A stretch of 63,985 nt of DNA, the filler included, from Octopus bimaculoides (taxonomy: Eukaryota): assembly GCF_001194135.2 (NCBI RefSeq). It is 7 parts of 6 records of this genome, joined end to end, with 100 filler letters (N's around TTAATTAATTAA, not from the genome) between each part and the next. Parts side by side here need not be neighbours in the genome. Positions count along the whole stretch, not along the records: positions 35,299 to 46,997 come from NW_026417457.1; positions 47,098 to 60,892 come from NC_069000.1; 5 more parts are not named here. The stretch is one strand, 5' to 3'. How positions within the stretch are numbered: the first letter of the stretch is position 1; each line of letters starts with the position of its first letter. Under the pieces are notes generated by a model. That model ran no database searches, was not told the origin of the DNA, and was given only the letters and a program-made list of their open reading frames with translations. The position numbers and the translations under genes are program-made. Shown here piece by piece: positions 36,445 to 49,140 of this stretch.

Positions 36445-36603
36445 ACTACACTCTCAGAGTGGTTGGCGTTAGGAAGGGCATCCAGCTGTAGAAACTCTGC
36501 CAGATCAGATTGGAGCCTGGTGCAGCCATCTGGTTCGCAAGTCCTTAGTCAAACCGTCCAACCCATGCCAGCACGGAAAGTGGACATTAAACGATGATGA
36601 TGA
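36445..36603 (+). mobile_element. RTE 3' terminal fragment with (GAT)n tail
   Basis: actacactctcagagtggttggcgttaggaagggcatccagctgtagaaac..aaacgatgatgatga; same as 40520-40678 and 44558-44717. An inverted partial copy lies at ~36797-36859. Confidence 0.8.
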
Positions 36604-36869
36604 TAACATACATATATAACCAAATATTCATACATATATAAACATATATGCATACATACATATATATAGTAACATATAAACACATATATAAATACATATA
36701 AAAACACTTAAACACACTAATCTAATACGGATTGTCTAAATTTTCTATTACTACATACTTACATGCATATATATATAAACATATATAAACATATATCATC
36801 ATCATCATCATCATCATCGTTTAACGTCCGCTTTCCATGCTAGCATGGGTTGGACGATTNNNNNNNNNN

Positions 36870-37085
36870 TTGTCAAGCAATGTTGGGGGGTGACAAACAC
36901 AGACACACACACATATATATATATATATATGGTGGGCTTCTTTCTGTTTCTGTCTACCAAATCCACTCACAAGGCTTTGGTTGCTCCACGCTATAATAGT
37001 AGACACTTGCCCAAGGTACCACGCAGTGAGACTGAACTTGGAATCATGTGGTTAGTAAGCAAGCTACTTACCACACAGCCCTTCC
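36870..37085 (-). mobile_element. SINE family B, 5' portion
   Basis: Homologous to 36150-36372. Confidence 0.75.
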
Positions 37086-37237
37086 TGTGGCCACACATAT
37101 CTGATATAATGAATGTGGAAACTAATTTCTCAGTTTCAGTGATTCACACTTTAGACCCCTTTTCTCACTATTCAGTGACACTCCTACTATTCCTCATGAT
37201 GGGGTAATAGAAGGCATAGACGGTGAGGAGGGTAGCA

Positions 37238-37279
<42 letters not shown>

Positions 37280-37532
37280 AAGAAAGAGAAGGAGAAAAAG
37301 AGACAAAGAAATTTAGAGAGAGTTGATGTTATATTAAAAGTATTAGTGTTGATGGTGAGTGGGAGTAATAATAAAAGAGAGAGAAAGAGTGGGTATGTGT
37401 GAGAGAGAGAGAGAGAGAGAAAGGGAGATGATGTACAACTTTATTTAACAAAGTCTCTTTGTCAGAAATTCCTGTTACCAAAACATTGAACACTATCATT
37501 TTTGTTTTATTTTTTTTGCTTTCTTTAATACA

Positions 37533-37578
<46 letters not shown>

Positions 37579-39419
37579 AAATACACTTTAATTGAAAATA
37601 AAGTTTCCCCAAAATTAAACATATCTAATATAAATAAATGTGAATGTCAGTGTGTCACACTTTTTCAACTTTAATAAATCCTTTCTACTGGAANNNNNNN
37701 NNNNNNNNNNNNNNNNNNNNNNNNNNNNNNNNNNNNNNNNNNNNNNNNNNNNNNNNNNNNNNNNNNNNNNNNNNNNNNNNNNNNNNNNNNNNNNNNNNNN
37801 NNNNNNNNNNNNNNNNNNNNNNNNNNNNNNNNNNNNNNNNNNNNNNNNNNNNNNNNNNNNNNNNNNNNNNNNNNNNNNNNNNNNNNNNNNNNNNNNNNNN
37901 NNNNNNNNNNNNNNNNNNNNNNNNNNNNNNNNNNNNNNNNNNNNNNNNNNNCAGGTAGAAGACTACTCCAGGCTACAGTGTTCTTTTGGCTAGGTTTTTA
38001 TGGCTGGATGCCCTTCCAAATACTGACCACTTCACAGTGTGAACTGGATGCTTTTCACATGATACCAGCACTGGCAGAGTCACCAAGTAACTTGCAAGAC
38101 AAGGAATTCTGAGAGGGGAGAAAGCATGGGAGGAGGTGATCTTGTGTCAGATGATGAAAGGTTAGAGTGTGACAGAGAGGAGGGGTTACCCAGCCACAGA
38201 GAGAGGGAGGGGGGAGACAGAGTGAATGAGAGAGAGAGAAGTAACCAGAAAGAGAACAGAAATGGGTGTGCTGATGCAAAGGAGATACTTGGTTACCTAT
38301 CCAGAGGAAAGAGCAAGAGGAGAGAGAGAGAGAGTGATCAAAGAGGGGATACATGGTTACCCAGCTAGAGAGAAAGAAAGAGGAAGAGAGAGAAGGAAAG
38401 AGAAAGAGAGAAAGGGAGAAGGAAAGAGAGGAAGAGGGACAAGGAAAGAAGAGAGAGAAGGAAAGAGAGAAAAGGAGAGAGAGAGAGATGGACATAACAA
38501 GAATGAGGGTAGAAACAGGTGAGCTGATGTAAAGGAGATACTTGGTTACCTATCCTGAGGAAGAACAAGAGAAGGAGAGAGAGAGTGATCAAGAAGGAGG
38601 TCAGAAACAGATTCCCTTTCCATCACCAGTTACTAATCTGCTCCCAAAACGGTTATGTAAACAAGTAATATTATTCATTTCCATTCATCCATGAAATTTC
38701 AACTACTTTGTTAAAACTGAAAGATTAAGTTACTATAAATAGTTGCCGGGATTTCCAAATCTGTTTATAGCACAATTATTTGTGTATTTATATTATTGCA
38801 GATAAGTAGGTGAGGGTTGGTGAGAGGGAGAGTATCAAGGCATAGAAAATCTGCCACAAATTCCATCTGACCAATGTTAGCATGGAAATGTGGGCATTAG
38901 ATGATGTTTATATATACTACATATATACATGTGTGTGCGTATACTTCAGTTATTCCATATATGTTTACATACACATTACATACCATGCACACATGCATAT
39001 AGTCTGAAAGATTTATAGTGTTGAGTGAAAGATTGCTTAAATGAAAAGACCTAAAAAGCAGATGTTTTGAAAGGTTTTGGAAGGGTGGTTACTGTTTAAA
39101 AGATGCTCCATGAATAGATTTTCTTCTGCTTTTGTCAAAACTTGACTGAAATAAGGGTTTCAATAAATATGGTTGAAATATGATTGAAACATTATCCCAG
39201 AAGCTGAATTCAACCCATTCAAGAGTTCCAGTATCTGCAACAGCTTGGATAGGCACCTAAACCTGGAAAATGGGTTCTTCATAATTTGACAGAAAACAAG
39301 CCAAACAACATAAGTGGACACTTGCTCTTCTTTACACTCTCATGGAAATATAACCATTTGTGGGGCAGATTAGTAATGCTGACAATGGGTTACTGAAAAC
39401 AAACAGGCTAGATCACAAG

Positions 39420-40678
39420 TGACCTCCATCCACGGAAAGTGCTGCTTAATGTTTGGTGGGACTGTGTAGGTAGAAACTCCATAAGGTGTACCCAGTGTAA
39501 GCTATGGACACATAAGAGGTGCAGCAACATCAAAGGAAGATTAACCAGGATGATATTTTTTGTGTGTGGCAGATGCACAGGGGCAATAAACACCACAGAT
39601 GTTCAGAAAACAGATTCTATCACAGCTACTAGAAGTAGCTGATAGCTTCTGCTACCTAGGTGACCAAGTTAGTAGTGGGGGTGGATGCTCAGAGAGTGTT
39701 ACCACTAGAATAAGAATAGCCAGGGCAAAGTTCAGAAAGCTTCTACTCCTACTGGTAACAAATGGCGTCTTGCTCAGTGAAAGGTAGAATGTACGATGCA
39801 TGTGAGCGAACTGCCATGCTTCATGGCAGTGGAACATGGGCCATGACTACTGAGGACACGTGTAGGCTCAAAAGAAATAAAGTTAGCATGATCCGCTGGA
39901 TGTGTAATGTCAGTGTGCACACATGACAGAGTGTAAGCGCCCTGAGAGAAATGTTGGACATAAGAAGCATTGGATGTGGCGAGCAAGAGAGACTTTTGCG
40001 CTGGTATGGTCATTTACTACAGATGAATAAGGAGAGATGTGTGAAGAAGTGCCACTCCCAAACAGTGGAAGGAATCCGGGGTAGAGGTAGACCCAGGGAG
40101 ACATGGGATGAGGTGGTCAAGCACGACCTTCAAATGTTGGGCCTCACAGAGGCAATGACGAAAGACGGACACCTCTGGAGATGTGCTGTGACTGAGAAGA
40201 CACAGCAAATAAAGTGAGTTCACAGCTGTAACCTACACCAGTGTCGCATAACCAGCCCCAGCCCACTCAAAAGTATGTTGGATCGTAGGGCTACATGCTG
40301 TGCTAGAGGAAACCTATTGAGTCAAGTACATCAAAATCAAATAAAAATTGTAGTTGTGATTCCCATGCCGGTGGCACGTAAAAAGCACCATCCGAACATG
40401 GCCAATGCCAGCACTGCATTGACTGGCTTCAATGCCGGTGGCACATAAAAAGCACCAACCAATCGTGGTTGTTGCCAGCCTTCTCTGGCCCATGTGCAGG
40501 TGGCATGTAAAAAGCACCCACTACACTCTCGGAGTGGTTGGCGTTAGTAAGGGCATCCAGCTGTAAAAACACTGCCAGATCAGACTGGAGCCTGGTGCAG
40601 CCTCCTGGCTTCCCAGACCCCAGTTGAACCGTCCAACCCATGCCAGCATGGAAAACAGACGTTAAACTATGATGATGT
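39420..40678 (+). mobile_element. 5'-truncated RTE-clade LINE
   Basis: GRNSIRCTQCKLWTHKRC, FCYLGDQV, RIRIARAKFRKL, RLLRWYGH and GRGRPRETWDEVV motifs, followed by the 3' UTR and (GAT)n tail. Confidence 0.9.
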
Positions 40679-41384
40679 ATTGTAGAATTATGAGCAATTT
40701 ATTGCACATAAATTTTAACAACAAAATCTTATATGGTCCCCACCTAGGACCATACAAACCCTGGTTGTAAAGAACATGTTGTAAAGCACGCTGGTGTAAA
40801 GTACATGTGGGCTTCTTGGCATATTGTGATCTTTGTAAAACAAAAAAAAAAGGATCATAAAAAAGGGTCATTTGTTTCCATTTCACATAATCATGTCCAA
40901 ATCACTCACTGTTCAGTAGACTAAGGGACTAATACCTTGCATGAAAATAGGTAAGGGGTAGCATCAGGAAGAACATCCAGCCTGAATAAACTTTGCCACA
41001 ACATAGTTTCAGTTGGCTGATGTAGCATCAAAAAGTAGATGTTGAAACAATGACAGCTTTTTCATCAGATACCATATTTATGTTTGTATTGACAGAAAAG
41101 GAAAATATACAATAATGAGAGAATTTAAAGAATGAAAAGTATTCGATAATTATTCAATTTATCTTGATACTTATATCTTCCCTATTCCATCCCTGCAAAA
41201 CTCTTTTTGTTTTTCATTGTAAGTAAATATGATAATATTTTGCTTGCCTTTATTATTCTGACAAAGCACAGTAAAAAAGTAAACATATAAGTTTCTCAAA
41301 ACTCCTTTTAAAACTGTAAATAAATTATATTAAGATGTTTTACTTAGTAATTTTTCCCCAGGACTGAAATAAGCTCATCGTATA

Positions 41385-41594
41385 TGTGTGTGGCTGTGTG
41401 TCTGGCCCCCACCACTGCTTGACAACCAGTGTTGCTGTTTACATCCTTGTAACTAGGCAGTTTGGCAAAAGGACCAACACAATAAGTACCAGGCTTTAAA
41501 AGAAAAGAAAACAAGTATTGGCGTCGATAAGTTTGACTAAAATTCCTCAAGGCGGTACCCCAGCATGGCCGCAAACTAATGAATGAAATAAGAT

Positions 41595-41595
<1 letters not shown>
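41385..41595 (+). mobile_element. SINE family B, 3' module
   Basis: ccactgcttgacaaccagtgttg..aataagtaccaggc..tcaaggcggtaccccagcatggccgca. Confidence 0.7.
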
Positions 41596-41632
<37 letters not shown>

Positions 41633-42185
41633 CACTCACATGTATACGTATATCATATACGATTTACTTAGATATATATGTTTGTACGTGTATGTATGCG
41701 TGAATGCACATGCATTCATGGGCATGTGTGTCCAGATGCGTGTGGGGACATGAGTGTTATATGTGCACAGGCATGGCGGCACAAATAAAAAGCACTTCAC
41801 AACCATGTTCTCAGATTCACATCACCTTGAGCAAGTGTTTTTTTTAACTATAAACCCAGGTTTGACTGATGACTTTTGAGTACAGAAGCTCATCACGTAC
41901 ATATATGTATGTGTACAGTAGTGTGTGTGTAAGAGAAAGAGAGAGAGTTTGCATTCTATCTGTTGCATGGTTATGAGGGATAGTGGTGTCTATTAAACCC
42001 AGAGGTTTCAGGTAATGCTCAGCAAGTGCTATGGATAGACCACAGTTAAGCTCCAGGTTCGGTGATTGTGCGAATAAGGGGTCCAATGTAGGTCATATTC
42101 TCAGCGTGCGAGTATAAGGATTTACTTTATGTAATGAGATAAAAAACCAAGGCTGTGTATAACATAGAACATTCATAAATAGAAG

Positions 42186-42233
42186 GTCTTACAGCTGTTT
42201 CCAGGGTATTTATTATATCCCTTCATCGGAGAC
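42186..42233 (-). ncRNA. Type-I hammerhead-like motif, variant core CCGAUGA (second copy of the 17333 family)
   Basis: Minus strand GUCU-CCGAUGA-AGGGAUAUAAUAAAUACCCUG-GAAAC-AGCU-GUA-AGAC. Stem III is the perfect palindrome ACAGCUGU. Confidence 0.5.
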
Positions 42234-42395
42234 GGTGTGAGAGGATGATTATGCAATAGTTAGTTAAGATATGAAATAGAGAGTGAATGTAGGGATATTG
42301 TAATTGTAAATCCATTGTTTAGGCAGAATGGTATACACATAAGATTCCAATACCTTGTGAGTAAAATCCAAAATCTTAATAATGTTACGCAAAAC

Positions 42396-42977
42396 AGCCC
42401 AATAGATTCGTCTTCCTTGTTTGTCTTAAGTTCATGCATACCCGTTAATCGTCACATTTTATTTATTTTATTCAAGTTTATTATTTCATTAATTCATTCT
42501 CTCTAAATCCGTCTACCATAGTATAAAAGTGCAGAAGTTTAGCTCTTGCCTAAACTCGCTGGCATTTGCTGTTTCTTTAAATTCTGTTTCCCAGAATCCC
42601 AAAAATATTTTTCACTTCTGTCTTATGATTTCGGCATTTGCTGTTTCATTCAATTATGTTACCAAAAATCCCAAAGAATATTCTCCTCATTATAGAACAC
42701 GAAATTCAGAAGATGAACCTCTTTCATGTACTCCTGTTTCTGCGTAGATCATAACCCTATCCCCTCCCTCATTCCTTCTTTATTATCTATCTATTTCTTT
42801 ACCATGTAAACATAGCCCAATAGATTCGTCTTCCCTGTTTGTCTTAAGCTCATGCATATCCATTAATCGTCACAATTTACTTTATTCAAATTTATCATTT
42901 CGTTAATTCATTCTCACTAAATCTGTCTACCATAGTATACAAGTGCAGAAGATGCTCTCACCTAAACTTGCTGGCCC
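42396..42977. repeat. Diverged ~165-bp direct repeat, period ~420 bp
   Basis: agcccaatagattcgtcttcc..gtgcagaag..cctaaact(c/t)gctggc at ~42396-42565 and ~42813-42977. Confidence 0.8.
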
Positions 42978-43199
42978 NNNNNNNNNNNNNNNNNNNNNNN
43001 NNNNNNNNNNNNNNNNNNNNNNNNNNNNNNNNNNNNNNNNNNNNNNNNNNNNNNNNNNNNNNNNNNNNNNNNNNNNNNNNNNNNNNNNNNNNNNNNNNNN
43101 NNNNNNNNNNNNNNNNNNNNNNNNATATAGTGCATAAAAACGGTGTAGTGTATGCAGATTGTAGGCTATTGTTTGTTTATGAATTCTGCCAAATGCAAG

Positions 43200-44717
43200 C
43201 TTTCTTTTCAGGTACATGACACTGCTGTCCCTCATCCCAGGGTCTCACAGGCCCACACCTCTCACACCCTCAGAGTTGGCACACTCAACATCAGCACACT
43301 GAAAGGTAGGTCTGGTGAGATTGTTGAGACGCTTGAATGGAGACGTGTAGATTTGTGCTGCATCCAAGAAGTAAGGTGGAGAGGAGGTTCAGCTAGGTTC
43401 CTCACAGGCAAAGAACATAGGTACAAGATTTTCTGGGCAGGGAACACTGACAGGGTCGGAGGCGTGAGTATACTTCTTGCAGAGAAATCGGTTGATAAGG
43501 TAATCGAGGTAGCCAGTGTATGTGACAGAGTACTTAAGATTAGATTAGTGCTTCACCATAGGTTGGCTACCGTTATCTCAGCCTATGCCCCTCAACTGGG
43601 GCTACCAGATGGGCAGAAAGACCAATTTTATGACACCCTATTGCAGACTACCTCGTTGACGAATGACAGGGACCTTCTCTTTGTGGCTGGTGATTTCAAT
43701 GGACAACATGCAGGGGGGCTTCCATGGCGTACATGGAGGTTATGGCTTTGGTTCCTGCAATAAGGAGGGAACCAGACTGTTGGAGTTCTGTGATGCAAAT
43801 GATCTTATGGTCTGCAATACCAACTTCAGGAAACCTGCCTGTCACATAGTCACCTACTGTTCCGGCAGACACACCAGCCAAATTGATTACATCCTCGCAA
43901 GAAAAAGGGAAAGATGGTTGCTTGTAAATGCCAAAACCTTCCCAGATGAAGAATGTACCCTTCAACACAAATTAGTAGTTAGCGACTTTGGGATCAAGGC
44001 TAAATGGATGCCCAGAAGTAAACCAGCTTGGAGGAGAAGGGTCTGGAAGCTTAAAGATCCTGCAAATGGACAGAGATTTAGAGACATGTTACTCGAAACC
44101 TTTGATGAAATAGAAGGGGATATAGCATCACATAATGTGGAAGACAACTGAGAGTTTCTATGGGACAACCTGCTGAGTGCCACTGACCAGATCTGTGGAT
44201 GGTGCAAAGTCCCCTCTCGACTCAAAGTAACGTGGTGGAGGAACAATGTGGCTGACAGGGCAATTAGACAAAAGACAGGTTTATTTAGCCAGAGGGAAAG
44301 CAGATAAAAAAAAAATTTGTCAATGTTCTGTGCTGTGAGGACCAAAAACTTGAGGTATTTCGTGTTGCAAGACAGTGTATGAGAGAGAATCGTGATGTCG
44401 TAGGACAGAAATGTATCTGCATGGACGATGGCTCACTTGCATTTGAGCGCTATCGTTTCCAGCTTCACCTTACTGGCACATAAAAAACACCATTTGAGCG
44501 TGGCCGATGCCAGTGCTGCCAGACTGGCCCTCGTGCCAGTGGCACGTGAAAAGCAACCACTACACTCTCGGAGTGGTTGGCGTCAGGAAGGGCATCCAGC
44601 TGTAGAAACTTTGCCAGATCAGATTGCAGTCTGGTGTAGCCATCCGCTTCGCCAGTCTGCAGTCAAATCGTCCAACCCATGCTAGCATGGAAAGCAGATG
44701 TTAAATGATGATGATGA
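43200..44717 (+). mobile_element. RTE-clade LINE: AP-endonuclease domain plus 3' end, RT deleted
   Basis: APE motifs LRVGTLN, LCCIQEVRW, VISAYAP, VAGDFNG, (frameshift) NTNFRK, SQIDYIL and QHKLVVSDF. Jumps near 44440 to the 3' UTR and (GAT)n tail. Confidence 0.9.
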
Positions 44718-46620
44718 TCGTTTAATGTCCGCCTTCCATGCTAGCATGGGTTGGACGATTTGACTGAGGACTGGTTGCACCAGGCTCCAATCTGATCTGG
44801 CAGAGTTTCTACAGCTGGATGCCCTTCCTAACGCCAACCATTCCAAGAATGTAGTGGGTGCTTTTACGTGCCAGCGGCACTGGCAATGGCCTAGCTCGAA
44901 TGCTTTTTCCTGTGCCACCAGCACAAGTGCCAGTAAGGCGGAGCTGGTAACGATCACACTCAAATGGTGCTATTCACGTGCCACTTGCACAGAAGCCAGA
45001 CAGCTGCTCTGGCAATGGTCACGCTCAGACGGTGCTCTTAGTGCTCCACTGGTACAGGTGCCATCACGATTTCAATTTCACTTGCCCCAACAGGTCTTTG
45101 CAAGCCGAGTTTAGTGTCCTATGAAGGAGACGTTGGCATCGGTGCCAGTCGTCGAATTTGGTTCAATTTCCATTTCACTTGCAGAGTTTAGTGTCCAATG
45201 AAGGAAAGGTACGCATAAGTGGGCTGGCTACACCCATGGCAGAGGCCTCGGATTATGGTCTCACTTGGCTTGCCAGGTCTTCTCACGCACAGCATATTTC
45301 CAAATGTCTCGGAGAGGCCTAATGTTCGAAGGTCGTGCTTCACTGGGATGAGCACAAAGGTCGTGCTCATCCCAGGTCTTCCTGGGTGTACCTCTTCCAC
45401 AGGTTCCCTCAACTGCTAGGCTGTGGCACTTTTTCACACAGCTATCCTCATCCATTCTCGCCACATGACCATACCAGCGCAATCGTCTCTCTTTTACATC
45501 ACATCTGATGCTTCTTAGGTTCAACATTTCTATGAAGATACTTACACTGTCTTACACATCCATCAGAGCATACTGGCTTCATTCCTTGCGAGCTTACTCA
45601 TGTCCTTAGCAGTCACAGCCCATGTTTCACTGCTATGGAGCAGGGCTGTTTGTACACATGCGTCATACAGTCTGCCTTTTACTCTCAGCGAGAGGCCCTT
45701 TGTCACTAGCAGAGGTTCCAGGCTATTCTTATTTTAGCAGCTACATTTTCAGCGCACATTCCCCCGCTAATAACTTGGTCACCTAGATAATGGAAGCTAT
45801 CAACTACGTCTAGTTTTTCTCCCTGGAATGTGGCAGAAGTTGTTTTCTGCACATTTTCAGTGTTTTTCCCACTTAGCCTTCCTTTGATATTGCTGCACCT
45901 CTTAAGTGTCCATAGCTTACACTGGGTACATCTTATAGAGTTTCTACCTATGCCTTTTCTACAGATCGAGCAGGGCCATCTACCTGAAGGGGTTTGTGTT
46001 TTGTCTACCTTCCTACTTATTAGAACTTTGGTTTTAGCTAGGTTGACGCCAAGGCCCTTCAATTCTAGTCCTTGGTTCCACAGCTGAAACTTCTCTAGTT
46101 CTGATAGTGACTCAGCAATTAGCACAAGGTCATCAGCATAGAGGAGCTCCCTCTCTAATTATTTCTATCTAAAGCGTCACATTTACCTTTGTAGCAGTTG
46201 ACTATGGTGCTGCTAACCAGTCATTGGGTATGACCCCTTCGTGTATCACCTGGTTAACTATACGGGTGACTAGGCCATAGCCGACACTGCCAGATATTTC
46301 GAGCATCTCTGCGGTGATTCCTGATGGGCCGGGGGTTTTACCTATCTTCATACATTTAATTGCTTTATCTACTAAGGCATTGTCAATTCGGACTTTGGCA
46401 TAAAGTACTACACAAATGCCCGCACAGGTCGCCACTGCATGGTACCAAGGGTGCCGTCCACTGCATCTCATATAAGAACAAGGTACTGCAACAGCCTCGG
46501 TTTCAGAGGACCTCAGCTCTTTAATGCCTTGCCAAGTGGCTGCGGTCATCCTGGAGCACCAGCATGACTTTCCGTCTTTATGCTGTGCTCTCTTCACGTT
46601 CCTTGCATGGCTCTTCTCCT
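44716..46620 (-). mobile_element. RTE-clade LINE, 5'-truncated, RT internally deleted
   Basis: Minus strand: MKIGKTPGPSGI, IPNDWxSSTIVNCYKG, LLYADDLVLIAE (YADD at 46129-46140), RRLRWYGHVARM and GRGTPRKTW, then the 3' UTR and tail. Confidence 0.9.
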
Positions 46621-46800
46621 CAATTAAAACCAGTGGTTAGATGATTCAGCACCTATTTCTAGCATATAGGAGTCCACTTTTGCTGGTCATTCCTCTTATT
46701 TTTGTATGTAACATAATTTTTGATCTTCGGATTTTTTTAATATGCTAGACCACTGGTTTTAATTGATTAATATCAATTTCTACCCTCATTAATAAATTTT
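46621..46800. mobile_element. Deleted derivative of the 28105-28448 fold-back MITE
   Basis: caattaaaaccagtggt (left-arm sequence) is fused to tagatgattc..ctaccctcattaataaatttta (right-arm sequence). Confidence 0.75.
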
Positions 46801-46997
46801 AAATAATGATGTTCTCAAACCGGTAAATTAGCTGCAAAAATTTATTAACTGCAGAATTATTTCCGGACTTAGTGCGCCAGATTGAAAACATTTGAAGGGA
46901 TACACTGAATGTAATTTGTAGAACTCTATACGTGCTCCCTTTCGGGCGGACGTCTTGTGTCTAGTTCTGGGAATTATATTTCAAATCGACAGACTAC

Positions 46998-47097
46998 NNN
47001 NNNNNNNNNNNNNNNNNNNNNNNNNNNNNNNNNNNNNNNNNTTAATTAATTAANNNNNNNNNNNNNNNNNNNNNNNNNNNNNNNNNNNNNNNNNNNN
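46998..47097. other. Artificial scaffold-joining spacer
   Basis: 44 N + TTAATTAATTAA + 44 N. Confidence 0.95.
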
Positions 47098-47674
47098 CCC
47101 AGAGGTTTGTATCGTTTCTTCCTCCTTTACTAACTTCCTTTCATTTCTCATCTTTTAATCCTTTTTTTGACGGGGTGGGGTGGGATTGGGCGGTGTTGGG
47201 TGGGGCAGGGCGATGAATCTATGAATCTGAAACGGATCACATGTCGACCGAAGGTTGAATATCCTAGTTAAAGGAAGCGAGAAAGCGCTAACGCGGATAA
47301 ATCAGAGCAATGAGGATATAAGTGTTGTGTGCATATGTGTAAAGTGCGTATTTCTGTGTGTATATATATGAGTATGTGAATGTGTTAATGTGTGTTTAGG
47401 AAAGGGGTAGATGGACAAGGTGATTCGAAGGACGGTAATGGAATGAAGGGAATGGTGGAGTTGGTGGTTTGAAAATGGTAAGAGTGGTTGTTATTTTAAA
47501 GCGAATTGGAGAAACTTGTTTGGTCGGGAGGCTGGCCACCTTGGCCGTCTTGTTGGCTCTGAATATGTGTATATGAAGAAAACAGAAAGAGGAAGGGCAA
47601 CAAAAAAGGGAGCTGTCTTGGACAACGAGTAGTGTTGGTTAAGTAGTTTTGAGTGAAAACTCAGTGAATGTTAG

Positions 47675-47708
<34 letters not shown>

Positions 47709-47779
47709 CATATATACTTACGTACATACAATAAGAACTCACAGTATGGTAGAGTACATAGCCACTCATAGTAAGAAGG

Positions 47780-48330
47780 AGTATAAAGATAATAGACCCG
47801 ACATAGTGATTTGGGACTGAGAGAAGAAACTATATACAGTAGTAGAAATCAGCTGCCCTGCAGATGTTAACGTAAAGTGAAAATAAATACCTACGCTGGA
47901 CTATTAAGGAATCTATAGTTACTCTACCCAGATTACAAGTTCAGGTTTATAAATGTAATTATTGGGGTTTTGGGATATGTAACACACTGCCTAAGTACCA
48001 ATCTTGTGAAATTAGGTTTCTCAAAATCAAAAAGGAGAAAGCTGATTCGAAGGATACAGATTCAAGCCATCACTAGAACTGTAAAGATCTGTAATACTTT
48101 CCAGAAGTTTATTATTTAAGTATATATGCGCAACTATATGTATGAGAATATATACATAAAACAAAACATATAAATCTGCACATATACTAACTCAAAATAT
48201 TGCACATACACACATACATTTAAAAATACCCTGTTGATGTTGTTGAAATTCCAATGAAGGAGACTTGGATCTAGGTTCGAAATCGATTCTTTCGGTATTG
48301 GCAAGAAATCTTGAAATAAAACTGAATAAT
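47780..48330 (+). mobile_element. R4/Dong-like element, 3' fragment with complete 3' UTR
   Basis: RPDIVIWD and VEISCPADV motifs. Ends aaataaaactgaataatga followed by catacatac. (TACA)n lies upstream at ~47676-47730. Confidence 0.8.
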
Positions 48331-49140
48331 GACATACATACATTAAACATGCACACATGTATATGTACATATACTGACTCACAATTCTTTGTAACGTAAT
48401 ATAAATATGCAGACTTCTATTCACACATACATATCCAATTACACATTCATGTAGCGCACATAATAAATTTGGGAACATCTTCAAGGTAGATTTCAAATTT
48501 AGTGCGGAAAAAAAGTCTGCAAGGGCCAAATCTAGTAAGTAAGACGTAGCTGAGAGACGAAAGCCATCTCATACTTTGCCAAAAAGTAACGAGTAAGAAG
48601 TAAGGCGTGAACTGTTCTCATGGGACAACATTCAAGTTTTGCTTTACTGTGCCTTAGTCTTCTTCCTTCGACATCCAAGCGACAAATTTTAGAGATGAGT
48701 CTCAAAGCAGCAATAGCTTGGTCTAAACTATAAGTACTGCTGTTTCACGCGGTGTTAAACAAGGAAATAGTCAGGGTTTCAACTGATACTTGTATGTACT
48801 CTTTACTGCAGAACGAAATGATTTTTCAGTCATAACTATGAGTGTTCTGCTGCAGAACAAAAGGACTAAGAATCTATTGCTTTTGCGCATAATGTTAGGA
48901 AAACAGCAACATATAATTGGATAAGCAGAGTTTGTGCATCATATTTGATCCGTGATGTAGATAGTTAAGCAGACGGAACGTTGATTGATGAACGCTTATA
49001 GTTAAGATGGAAAAATCATTGTGACAGTTACATCTAAACTTTGGCAAACTATAGCAAACTGTCTTCATAGAAAAATGATATCCATGAAACAAGTGCATTT
49101 GTTGCCGAAGTAACTGTTTCCAAAATAGATTCCCTTAAAT

